This document shows, piece by piece, positions 1 through 11,700 of a stretch of 18,423 nt of DNA. Where the stretch lies: positions 1-18,423 of the IMG/VR virus record IMGVR_UViG_2667527959_000011. One strand, 5' to 3'. Below the pieces are notes generated by a model. That model was given only the letters and a program-made list of their open reading frames with translations. It ran no database searches and was not told the origin of the DNA. The translations under genes and the position numbers were made by a program. How positions within the stretch are numbered: position 1 is the stretch's first letter; each line of letters starts with the position of its first letter. The stretch is from a virus (Duplodnaviria > Heunggongvirae > Uroviricota > Caudoviricetes).

Positions 1-100
1 AGAAATGAAATGACTGAGTCAGCCGAGAAGAATTTCCCCGCTTATTCGCACCTTCCTTAGGTAAAGTTATTTTTAAGTAATCGAGCAACTTTCAGCCCTC

Positions 101-589
101 TCAAAATGGAATATCGTCTTCAAAGTCCATTGGAAGTTCGCTATTGGCGTTGCTCTGAGGTTTACCGCCACCGCTGTATTGCTGGTGGTTTTGAGGTTGG
201 TTTGACTGCCCCCAGCCATTTGAGAATTGTGAATCGTCGCGGCGAGCGCCGATCATTTGCATGGTGCCGCCCTGGCTGACGATAATTTCCGTCGTGTAAC
301 GTTCTACACCGGCGTCATCTGTCCACTTACGGGTTTTAAGTTTCCCTTCGATGTAGACCTGAGAACCTTTTCGTAAATATTCACTCGCAATTTCAGCAAT
401 TTTTCCGAACAAAATGACTTTATGCCATTCTGTTTGCTCTTTCTGTTTGCCTGTTTGCTTGTCGCGCCATGATTCATTCGTTGCGATGCTGAGTCTTCCG
501 ACTGCTCCGCCATTTGGTATATACCTGATATCTGGGTCTTGTCCCAGGGTACCAATCAGGATGACTTTGTTTACACCGCGTTGTGCCAC
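101..589 (-). CDS. ssb: Single-stranded DNA-binding protein (phage SSB)
   Basis: 162-aa ORF closely resembling E. coli SSB: N-terminal OB-fold block ([22 protein letters not shown]), Gly/Gln-rich linker and acidic C-terminal tail DFEDDIPF. Start codon is GTG at 587-589. Confidence 0.93.
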   Translation of the reverse strand: MAQRGVNKVILIGTLGQDPDIRYIPNGGAVGRLSIATNESWRDKQTGKQKEQTEWHKVILFGKIAEIASEYLRKGSQVYIEGKLKTRKWTDDAGVERYTTEIIVSQGGTMQMIGARRDDSQFSNGWGQSNQPQNHQQYSGGGKPQSNANSELPMDFEDDIPF

Positions 590-608
590 TTTTCTTACCC
601 AACAGAAT

Positions 609-625
609 AAATTAATTAGAGCAAT
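609..625 (-). promoter_or_regulatory. C1 repressor operator-like site just upstream of ssb
   Basis: Minus strand reads ATTGCTCTAATTAATTT, 16/17 match to the P1 C1 operator consensus ATTGCTCTAATAAATTT (consensus recalled from the literature). Lies about 20 bp upstream of the ssb GTG. Confidence 0.55.
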
Positions 626-758
626 AATGTATATCTTTGAAACGTGGTTAACAAGTGATTTGCATTATCCTGTGCCTTCTAAAGGGATCGAGTCAGTCGG
701 TAATGGCTGTGAATGGGTGTTTGTCCTGGAGCGTAAAAAATTCGCTTATGAGGTCTTT

Positions 759-1316
759 ATGAAGGGAAAAACAGCCGCAGGAGGCGGTGCAATTTGCGCT
801 ATCGCGGTGATGATTACCATCGTGATGGGTAATAGCAATGTGCGAACCAACCAGGCGGGGCTTGAGCTTATCGGAAACGCTGAAGGTTGCCGACGTGATC
901 CATACATGTGCCCGGCGGGGGTATGGACTGACGGGATCGGTAATACACACGGGGTAACGCAAGGCGTGCGAAAAACCGACCAGCAAATCGCCGCTGATTG
1001 GGAAAAGAATATCCTGATCGCTGAACGCTGTATTAATCAGCACTTCCGGGGAAAAGACATGCCCGATAATGCCTTCAGCGCAATGACAAGCGCGGCATTC
1101 AATATGGGATGCAATAGTTTACGGGCCTACTACAGCAAAGCGCGAGGCATGCGAGTCGAAACGTCCATCCACAAGTGGGCGCAGAAAGGGGAATGGGTGA
1201 ATATGTGTAACCATCTCCCTGATTTTGTGAACAGTAACGGCGTCCCCCTGCCTGGGTTAAAGATTCGCCGTGAAAAAGAACGCCAGCTTTGCCTGACGGG
1301 GCTGGTCAATGAATAA
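759..1316 (+). CDS. lyz: SAR endolysin (T4-lysozyme-like, P1 Lyz-type)
   Basis: 185-aa product starting MKGKTAAGGGAICAIAVMITIVMG: a Gly/Ala-rich signal-anchor-release segment followed by a lysozyme catalytic region (ELIGNAEGCRRDPY...GVWTDGIGNTHG) with Cys13/Cys44/Cys51 as in P1 Lyz. GAGG lies 5 nt upstream of the ATG. The ORF-track 300-aa version (414..1316) is an upstream extension that overlaps ssb on the other strand. Confidence 0.92.
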   Translation: MKGKTAAGGGAICAIAVMITIVMGNSNVRTNQAGLELIGNAEGCRRDPYMCPAGVWTDGIGNTHGVTQGVRKTDQQIAADWEKNILIAERCINQHFRGKDMPDNAFSAMTSAAFNMGCNSLRAYYSKARGMRVETSIHKWAQKGEWVNMCNHLPDFVNSNGVPLPGLKIRREKERQLCLTGLVNE

Positions 1317-1563
1317 ACTCCGGCAGCTCCGCCGACTTTCGACAATGAAGTTATCGCTGGCGGCGATAGTTTTCGACTCGATTTTCATGGCGGTATATGT
1401 GCTCAATGAGACGTGGCCACTGGAACCGCTCTTGTATGCTGGGCTTAGGCTGTGCCTGACATTTTTGAGCATGGCTGCAAGATTGATGCAGCAGAAAGAA
1501 ACCGCTTCAGATTGTCCACGCCGCGCGGTGCGCAAATATATGGCACGCAGGCGAAGGCGATAA
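1309..1563 (+). CDS. Hypothetical small membrane protein, possibly holin-like
   Basis: 84-aa ORF whose ATG overlaps the lyz stop (caATGAAtaa). Two hydrophobic stretches and an Arg-rich C-terminus (ARRRRR). An intrinsic terminator follows directly, suggesting co-transcription with lyz. Confidence 0.35.
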   Translation: MNKLRQLRRLSTMKLSLAAIVFDSIFMAVYVLNETWPLEPLLYAGLRLCLTFLSMAARLMQQKETASDCPRRAVRKYMARRRRR

Positions 1564-1576
1564 TAGTTAACGAGAA

Positions 1577-1602
1577 CCCCGGCAGCCGCCGGGGCTATTT
1601 TT
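1577..1602 (+). terminator. Rho-independent terminator after the lyz operon
   Basis: GC-rich hairpin CCCCGGC-agcc-GCCGGGG (1577-1594) followed by ctaTTTTT. Confidence 0.7.
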
Positions 1603-1607
1603 GATGG

Positions 1608-2627
1608 TTATTTAAACGGGTTGATTGAATTATTAAACGTGATGATGCTTGTCTCACGCGGTGCCTTGACGTTAGCCGCTTGCGGAACCTCCTTAATTTT
1701 CTTGGTGACAGGCAAGTTGCGCGCGCCAACTTTGATCAGAGATTCGAAAAGTGTGGCAACGATTTTTGCATCACCAGGTTCTTTGAGGCGGAATGCGTCT
1801 TTTTGGGCGGCGGAGACGAAGATCGGGAGGTTATCCAGTTCGTCTTGCATCGCTGCCAGCACATCATCGCGGATACCCGCTGTTTCCTCCAGCAAAGCAA
1901 TTCGCGCTTCAGCATCTGCGATCTTGGCCATTGCTTCGAGGTGGCGGCCCTGGCTTTCGAGTAGTGCGGTTTCCAGTTCTGCCGTACGCTCTGTCGCCTC
2001 CACCATCATTTCCAGTTCAGCCATTTTGCCATAATGGGATATAACGGCCTGCACTGACTCGTCGGAGTACCCATGCGCCGCCAGGGATTCTGCCAGTAGA
2101 GATTTAGAATCCGCGCTTTCAAACATTCCGGCGCTGGCAGGATGATCCAGACTGATATAGTTCGGCGTTGTCACATAATCCACACCATGGAAGCTGGTGG
2201 TTACAGCGATTTTCCCGGACTCGCGCCCGCCAGTGGCCCAGCTCCAGCCACCAGCACGGCTTTCGATCATCGCGGCGACAATTTTACCCGGCTCTGTGTT
2301 AAGAATTTCCTGTGTATGGGTAACGATGCCGTTGTCGTCAACAGATATAGCCACTGTTCGGCACGCTGGAACATTGTCGATTACGACCGGGCGACCTTCC
2401 ACCATGATTACGCTGGTTTCTGGTACTTCCAGTTTGCCGGTCAGCTGTCGGCGACCGTGACCGTAATAGCCGAAAAGCTCTCCAAGGCGTAAACCTTCCT
2501 GAGTTTCCTTGCTTTCAAGCATGGTCTTAACCGCGCTTAATACATACTGTCGCCCGTTCTGGCGACCTTTTCGAGCATTGCTATAGAGACAAAAGCGGTC
2601 AGTGACCGTTTTCAAAACATCAGTCAT
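1608..2627 (-). CDS. pro: Putative prohead protease / head-processing protein
   Basis: 339-aa ORF with GGAGGG SD 7 nt upstream of the ATG. Assignment is by position relative to prt and darB as in P1; no catalytic motif was verified by eye. Confidence 0.6.
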   Translation of the reverse strand: MTDVLKTVTDRFCLYSNARKGRQNGRQYVLSAVKTMLESKETQEGLRLGELFGYYGHGRRQLTGKLEVPETSVIMVEGRPVVIDNVPACRTVAISVDDNGIVTHTQEILNTEPGKIVAAMIESRAGGWSWATGGRESGKIAVTTSFHGVDYVTTPNYISLDHPASAGMFESADSKSLLAESLAAHGYSDESVQAVISHYGKMAELEMMVEATERTAELETALLESQGRHLEAMAKIADAEARIALLEETAGIRDDVLAAMQDELDNLPIFVSAAQKDAFRLKEPGDAKIVATLFESLIKVGARNLPVTKKIKEVPQAANVKAPRETSIITFNNSINPFK

Positions 2628-2739
2628 TATATTGCCCTCCAGCTACCTTACCTAATGTCTGTTGGTATATTGGCTTTGATAACATTTTCGTCCGTGTATT
2701 CATTTATATACTCATTAGTTTCAATGTATTATATAGAAC

Positions 2740-3872
2740 ATGAAGCGTGCCTATAAATATCGATTCTATCCAACTCCCGAACAAACCGAGCTATTAGCCC
2801 GGACTTTTGGGTGTGTGCGTTTTGTCTATAACAGCCTCCTTCGCTGGCGCACCGATGCGTACTACGCACGCCATGAGAGGGTCGGCTATGCACAAGCCAG
2901 CGCCAAATTAACGGCACTGAAAAAAGAACCAGAATTCGCCTGGCTGAATGACGTTTCCTGCGTCCCCCTCCAGCAGTCTCTGCGCCACCAACAAACGGCT
3001 TTTGCTAACTTTTTCGCCGGGCGTGCTGCATACCCAGTTTTTAAGAGCAAGCGGCATAAACAGGCCGCAGAACTAACTGCCAGCGCATTTAAATACCGTG
3101 ACGGCAAGCTGTGTACATGGCAAAGAGCAAAGAGCCGTTAGATGTTCGCTGGAGCCGTCCGTTGCCGTCTGCTCCATCCACTGTCACTATCACCAGGGAT
3201 GCTGCCGGACGATATTTTGTATCCTGTCTCTGCGAGTTTGAGCCTGTATCACTGCCGATCACCGTTTCCACGGTCGGCATTGATATTGGTTTAAAAGATT
3301 TGTTCGTCACCGATACCGGTTTCAAAACTGGCAATCCTCGACACAACGCTAAATACGCGAAGCGATTAGCAGTGTTACAGCGCAGATTGAGCAAGAAACA
3401 AAAAGGCTCAAAGAACCGCGCCAAAGCACGTTTAAAGGTTGCCCGCCTCCACGCGAGAATAGTCGATTGTCGGATGGATAACCTGCATAAGTTATCCCGC
3501 AAACTGATTAACGAAAACCAAGTTGTTTGCGTCGAATCCCTTAAAGTGAAAAACATGATCCGTAACCCGAAGCTGTCTAAAGCAATAGCTGACGCAGGCT
3601 GGAGCGAACTTGTACGCCAACTCCAGTACAAAGGAGAATGGGGTGGACGTAGCATTGTCGCTATCGACCAGTATTTCCCTTCTTCCAAACGTTGCAGCAG
3701 TTGCGGCTTCACCATGCAAAAAATGCCTCTTAATATTCGTAAATGGCACTGCCCGGAATGTGGCGCAGAGCATGATCGTGATATTAACGCGGCCCGTAAT
3801 ATAAAAGCTGCCGGGCTGGCAGTGTTAGCCCTTGGAGAGTCTGTAATTCCTAAGCCGCTTCATGTGGTTTAG
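2740..3872 (+). pseudogene. tnpB: IS200/IS605-family TnpB (OrfB) RNA-guided nuclease, interrupted by a -1 frameshift near 3102-3141
   Basis: N-terminal fragment (2740..3141) starts MKRAYKYRFYPTPEQ, the typical OrfB N-terminus. C-terminal fragment (3111..3872, frame -1) carries RuvC-I (VGIDIGLKD), RuvC-II (VVCVESLKVKN), a zinc finger (CSSCG...CPECG) and RuvC-III (HDRDINAARNI). No tnpA is adjacent. Confidence 0.8.
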
Positions 3873-3904
3873 GTCGGACTCTGTGAATTGGGAATGTTTG
3901 CCGT

Positions 3905-5635
<1,731 letters not shown>

Positions 5636-5679
5636 TTAATTAGAATAATTCGCATCGTGTTTTAACGGAATTTAACACT

Positions 5680-5689
5680 AGTCACTTGT
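5680..5689 (-). promoter_or_regulatory. Conserved 10-bp motif (ACAAGTGACT on minus strand), candidate late-promoter element upstream of prt
   Basis: Forward AGTCACTTGT is repeated exactly at 15381-15390. In both places the minus strand reads ACAAGTGACT, then 5 bp, then a weak -10-like hexamer (TAAATT or CAGAAT). Confidence 0.3.
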
Positions 5690-5701
5690 TAAGGATTACC
5701 A

Positions 5702-8700
5702 ATGAACAAGCTATCTATGGGGGTGTTTCGCTGTTCAAGTGTCAGCGAAATATTGAAATACATTAGGGCAATAACATCTCACCGAGCGCCGATTAAATAC
5801 GGCGTGGAAAAGGTGGAAGGCAAAAGCTATGACCAACTGCGCCGGGAGGCGAATCAGAAGGCGATAGATTTGCTTAATTCGCTGGTGGACGGCGCGACAC
5901 TGACAGATGAACAGCGCCAGATCCTGGCTGGGTACACCGGTGAAGGCGGCATTGGCGGGTCCGTCTCCGAATATTACACACCAAAGCCGATCGCTGAAGG
6001 TGTCTGGGAGATCATGAAGCTCTACGGCGCGGACGTAGGTAACACTCTGGAACCATCGGCGGGCACCGGCGTTTTTAATGAGACAAAACCGGTTGGTACG
6101 GTGATGACCGCGACTGAGATCAGCAGTGTTTCCGGTCGTATAAACCAGCTGTTACATCCGGAAGACAGCGTACAGATTTCCCCGTTCGAACAACTGGCTG
6201 TAAGCACGCCTAACGATTCATTCGACCATGTTGTGGGTAACGTTCCGTTCGGCGGTCGTGATAACACACGCAACATCGATAAGCCTTACGCAGAAGAAAC
6301 GGATATGGGGTCTTACTTCATGCTCCGCATGCTGGACAAGATAAAGCCAGGCGGATTCATGTGTGTGATTGTGCCGCCGTCCATTGTTTCAGGTTCAAAC
6401 ATGAAGCGGTTGCGTCTGCGCCTATCCCGTAAAGCTGAATTTCTTGGCGCTCACCGCTTGCCTACCGGTACTTTTGACGCAAACGGGACCAGTACGGTCG
6501 TTGACGTGGTGCTGATGCGCAAACATCCGGCGGAGATGGCTGAGAAAATCCCCCTGGTGGATGAAGGCACTCTTGAATCGGCAAATGTGCTTTGGCCAAC
6601 GTTTATTTCTGGCAAGTGGTTTGAAAAGGACGGCCGCCGGTTTGTTCATGGCACCCAGGAGAAGGGATTCCAGGGGCGTATTGAGGTTCGTGCCGACGGG
6701 CAGATTGATAACCAGGCTCTTAAAGCGAAGCTGATTCATCGTTTCGAAAGTCGTATCGACTGGTCTTTGCTCGATATGGCTGAACCGTCACCGACCGCAG
6801 ATGTTGTTGATGAAGGGGAAATGCGCTTGATTAATGGCGTATGGCAAAAATATGCTGGTGGTCGCTGGATTGAAGCTGATGCTGGTAAGGAGCTTAAGAT
6901 TGATGCTGCCAGTTATGGCGCGGATAGCTGGGAGGCTCTTCAGCGTAACCTGACTACAACAGAAGGCCGTCTCGGTATGACATTTACCCAGATGGCAAAT
7001 GTCCGCGATAAGTACACCACATCAATCAGCGACGATATGGTGCAGCTGGTGGACTGGATTAACAGCCAGCCTGAAAAATACCGTGAACGCTTGTATCGTG
7101 GGGCGATGATTGGCCGGATGTTAATTGAATATCAGGATATGAAGGCCGCCGGGCATAGTGCTGAACAAATCGAACAGCAGCGCCTTTCTCTGGTGTCCCG
7201 TTTGCAGGCAGAGATTGACCGTTTTGGTAACCCCGGTCGCGGTCCGATAGCTAAATTATCGGGAAGCGGTGCGCGCGCCTGGTTTGCTTTCCGTGGTGCA
7301 ATTAAGCTGGATGGCACTATTTCTGACGAGCTAACAGGAAAGCTGGTTACGCATGATTCCAGCGCCAGTTATGACTCCACCAGCTATCAGGACACCCTGC
7401 GTTATCTCTATAGCGATCTTACCCGCGATCCAATCCAGCTCGATGATTTCCGCCTTGCGTTTACCGGCGAACTGCCAGCCAGTGATGAAGAGTTGCTTAA
7501 TTTATTGGCCAGCACCCCTGGTATTGCGGTTTCACCGTATGGCGGGATTGTTCCGTTCGCCCGCGCCACCAGCGGCGACATTAACGAGATAGTGGCTCCA
7601 AAACAGGAATTCCTTGCCACACTCCCCGACGGTCCAGTAAAGAACAACGTCCTTAATCAGCTGGCAGCGATCGAAGAGAAGCGCATCAAGACGCCAGCAG
7701 AGAATATCCGCTTTAAGCTCAATAGCCGTTGGTTCGACCGCTCCGTCATTCTGGAGTTTTTGCAGGAAAACGGCTATCCGGATCTGCGCTATGTGCAGTC
7801 AGTGCAGCTGGAAGGCGACGAAATGGTTTCTGACACCTATCACGGTGGTGATGGTCTGTTCGTCGGGCACCGATACGGTGTCGTCCAGCGCAAGGATAAA
7901 GAAACAGGCGAGATCCGCTACGAGTGGGACCGTAAATCAGGTGAAAACGCGACTGGGTTCCCGGCACAGCTGGAAAAGTATCTCAATGGTGCGCGTATCG
8001 GTGGCAAAGATAGCGCGACGGCGAACGGCTACCGCGAGCAGATGGCACTGCTTGAGGACCAGTTCAATAAGTGGATCAAGACGCACGATCGCTACGATGA
8101 GCTGGTTGCCAAATACAACGATGTGTTCAATAGCAATATCCCGTATGAACACTCTGGCGATCCGCTTGTGTTGAAGGGATTAAGCGGTAAGCGCCAGCCA
8201 TTTGATTACCAGAATAGCGAGGTGCGCCGACTGTCCGAAGATGGGCGCGGCATCCTGGGCTTCGGCACCGGGCTGGGTAAAACCACGACCGCGCTGGCGC
8301 TTGAGGCGTTCAACTATGAGAACGGTCGCTCTACCCGTACTGCGTATGTAGTGCCTAAATCAGTGCTGGAAAATTGGTATTACGAAGCAAAAGAATTCCT
8401 GAGTGAAGAGGCATTCAGTAACTACCTGTTCGTCGGTCTTGATGTGCTGATGGATGGCGATCAGATTCGCCAGGTGCCGGTGCTCGATGAGAACGGTAAA
8501 CCTGTTCTTGGTACTGATGGCACTCCAGTTATGCGCGATGCTCTTAAGCTGGCAGATGAAGCCACTATCACGGCGCGGATGAACGCGATCCCGCACTCAA
8601 ATTACCGTGCAGTCGTGTTTACCAAAGAACAATACGCCCGCATTCCGCTACGTGATGACACCGTAGATGAGCATGCACAGGATATGCTTTATGACTTCGT

Positions 8701-11700
8701 TGCCGCCGGGCGCGTAGCCAGTGCAATGGATTCCGATTCCCATCGCAAAGAGGCGGCGCGTCGCCGGGTATTGTCGGAGTATTCAGATACCGGTACCGAA
8801 AAAGCAGAGAAGTATCCGTACTTTGAGGATATGGGCTTCGACAGCGTGATCGCCGACGAAGGCCACAACTACCGCAATAGCTATAAAAATGGTCGCGAAG
8901 CGTCACAGCTGGCCTATCTGCCCACCAGCGCGGTAGCGCAATCGGCGCGAGATATGGCAATCAAAAACGCGTACCTGATGAAAAAGAATGGCGGGCGCGG
9001 ACCGGTTCTCCTGACTGCAACGCCAGTCGTTAACACCCCGATCGATGCATACAACATGCTTTCTCATGTTCTGCCGAAGGAATACTGGCAGAAGATGGGG
9101 ATCTACGGTCCTGATGACTTCGTTAAACTCTTCGGCAAGACCAGGCTGGAAACGGTACAGAAAATCAGCGGTGAAGTTGAAGAAAAAATGGCGCTGGTGG
9201 GCTTTGAAAACCTTGATGCGCTGCGCGGCATATTCCATCGCTGGACAACGCTTAAAACGGCGGAAGACGTTAAGGATACCGTGGAGATCCCGGAGCTTGA
9301 CGAACACCAGCAGGATGCACCACTTACTGAAGAACAACTGGCGGCGTATGAAGAATTACGCCAGCAGGCGGAAGCGGCGGCCAAAGCCAACAATGGCGTA
9401 ACGACCTCGATCGATGAAGACGGAGTGATTGAGCACGAGAAAGCCCGTCCGATCTTCTCAATAATCAGGGATATGGACCGCGTATGTACTGACATGGACC
9501 TGTACTATCGCCGGATCACCTATCGTTTCCTGCCGGAGTACGCCGATGCGGTGCAGCAGCTGGCGGACAGTTTGCCTAAACAAGCCACCAGCGAAGACGA
9601 CGACAGTGATGATTCAATCACGCAGCAATCGCAATACTCCCTGATAGATAAGGGCGAGTTTATTCAGTTGCAGGTTCCGGAAGCGTTCGAGCAGGAAGTG
9701 AATAAGCGCCTGGCCAGGTTTGGCATTGACGAACAGACCGTAACTCACCCCGTTACGCCCAAATACGCGAAGCTGATTGCCACGCTGAAGGAGTTTTTCC
9801 CGGAAGGGAAGCAAATCATCTTCACCGACGAAAAAACGCAGCACCAGAAGCTCAAGCGCATTATCTGCAATGCTCTTAACCTTGAACCTTCAAAGGTAGG
9901 GATCCTGAATGCTCAGACGGTTGCCGAGGCAGGTAAAACCGGTAAGAAACTGAAAGCGGTTAAACCGCCGAAAGAGTTACCGGATGAACCAACAGATGCA
10001 CAGATAGCGAAATACAACGAGCAAATGGCTCTGTATGACGCCTATATCGCGCAGCAAAATGAAATGTCGTTGGGCGGTCTGGAAAAGATTGCAGCCGACT
10101 TCCAGGAGGGCCGGACTCCGATCATCATCTGCAACAAAAAGGCAGAGGTGGGTATCAACCTGCATCGAGGAACGACTGACATCCATCATCTGACGTTGCC
10201 ATGGACACCAGCCAGTATCGCACAGCGTAACGGTCGCGGTGCTCGAGTTGGCTCCAACCGTGCAAGCGTTCGCGTTCACTACTACTGCGGCAAGGGGTCT
10301 TTCGATGAATACCGATTGAAGACGCTGAAGCGTAAAGCAGGCTGGATCTCCGATATCCTCCGTTCAGATAAGTCGGAAATGGAGAACGCCGACGCCAATG
10401 ACATGATCGAAATGCAGATGTATACCGCGAAGGATGACGGCGAACGTCTGGCAATGATGCAGGTTCAAATGGATAAGGCGAAAGCTGCGAAACGCGCTCG
10501 CCAGAAAGAACAGGCTACTATCGACCTTCAGAATTACATCAAGGCGCAGCACGCAGCTGGCGAGGATGTGGAGGTACTTACCGCTGAATTAGAGCGAAGC
10601 AAAGCGGAACTTGAAAAGACCACCGCCGAGGTAGCTAAATTCAAACAGGCGGTAATGGCCAAAGCAGCTGATAACGCAGACTGGAAAGCCCGCTGGGGTA
10701 GCGTCCATCACACAGACCGTACGTTGTTAGCACAGTATCGCGCGTCGTTGAAAAGCGCCATTCAGCGCAAGGCTAATATCTCTCAGGCCATCTCCCGCTA
10801 TGAGAAATTATTGAACCGTACTCAGAAGGCCGCGACGGATATCAAACGCCTGCGCCCGCTGGTGGAGGATGCAATAAATAAAGGCATTCTGGATGTTGAT
10901 CCTGATCTGGTTAACCATGCGAATGAGTTCCTTGTTATCGGCGATCGCTCATGGCGTGTAGGCCAATACTACGATTGTGCCGGTGATATCGTTCGCATTA
11001 AGTCGCTGGACTTCGACAGCCAGCGCGCAGACGTGGAGATCATCTTTACCTTAAGAGGCACCAAATCGGGTAACTGGGATGTGAAGACGCTGGATAAACA
11101 GGTTGATGTAACTCCCGATGAAGATGCTGTTATGCAGAAAATCAGTGGTGGCGTCTCCATCGCCGGGATTAACGACATCATTTCCTGTGACGATTTCTAC
11201 CGTTTCCAGCAGCGCGGCATGATCAAAATCACTGACTCGTACGGCGTTCAGACTACAGAGTCAGGCTATAGCATTGATTTTGTTGGTACCTATACGGACC
11301 CACTGAAGCATGCGGTTTACCCGGATCGCCGTGACGGCGCGCTGAAGTCGTCAATTGCAAAATGGGTGCTTGGTATGATGTCGGAAGGGAATAACCGCCA
11401 GATCCGTTCGGCAGAAACATTCCTGGTTGAATTGTTTGGCTCCAATTATGGCGATGTAATCGCGTCATACGGAGATACGCTATCCCCTGAAGCAATTCAG
11501 GAGAAAATAGCGGATGCGATCGCCAGAATGCCGGAAAAAACAAGCCAGGGGTCTACTCGTAACGGGGATTCTGAACTTGAAGTCACCAATGCCATTTTCG
11601 GTACCAATGAGTTCCGGGCGTCAGATTATGAGATCACCACAGCACAGTTTGGCACCATTGGCATTTACAGCAATAAAGACGAGATCAAGCAGGCAATGGA

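Noticed and set aside
414-1316. 300-aa plus-strand ORF from the six-frame track
   Set aside because: The first 115 codons overlap ssb on the opposite strand and have skewed composition. The endolysin start with an SD is the internal ATG at 759, giving the expected 185-aa protein.
3089-3715. 208-aa minus-strand ORF antisense to tnpB
   Set aside because: It is fully contained within the motif-supported tnpB region on the other strand and has no recognisable features.
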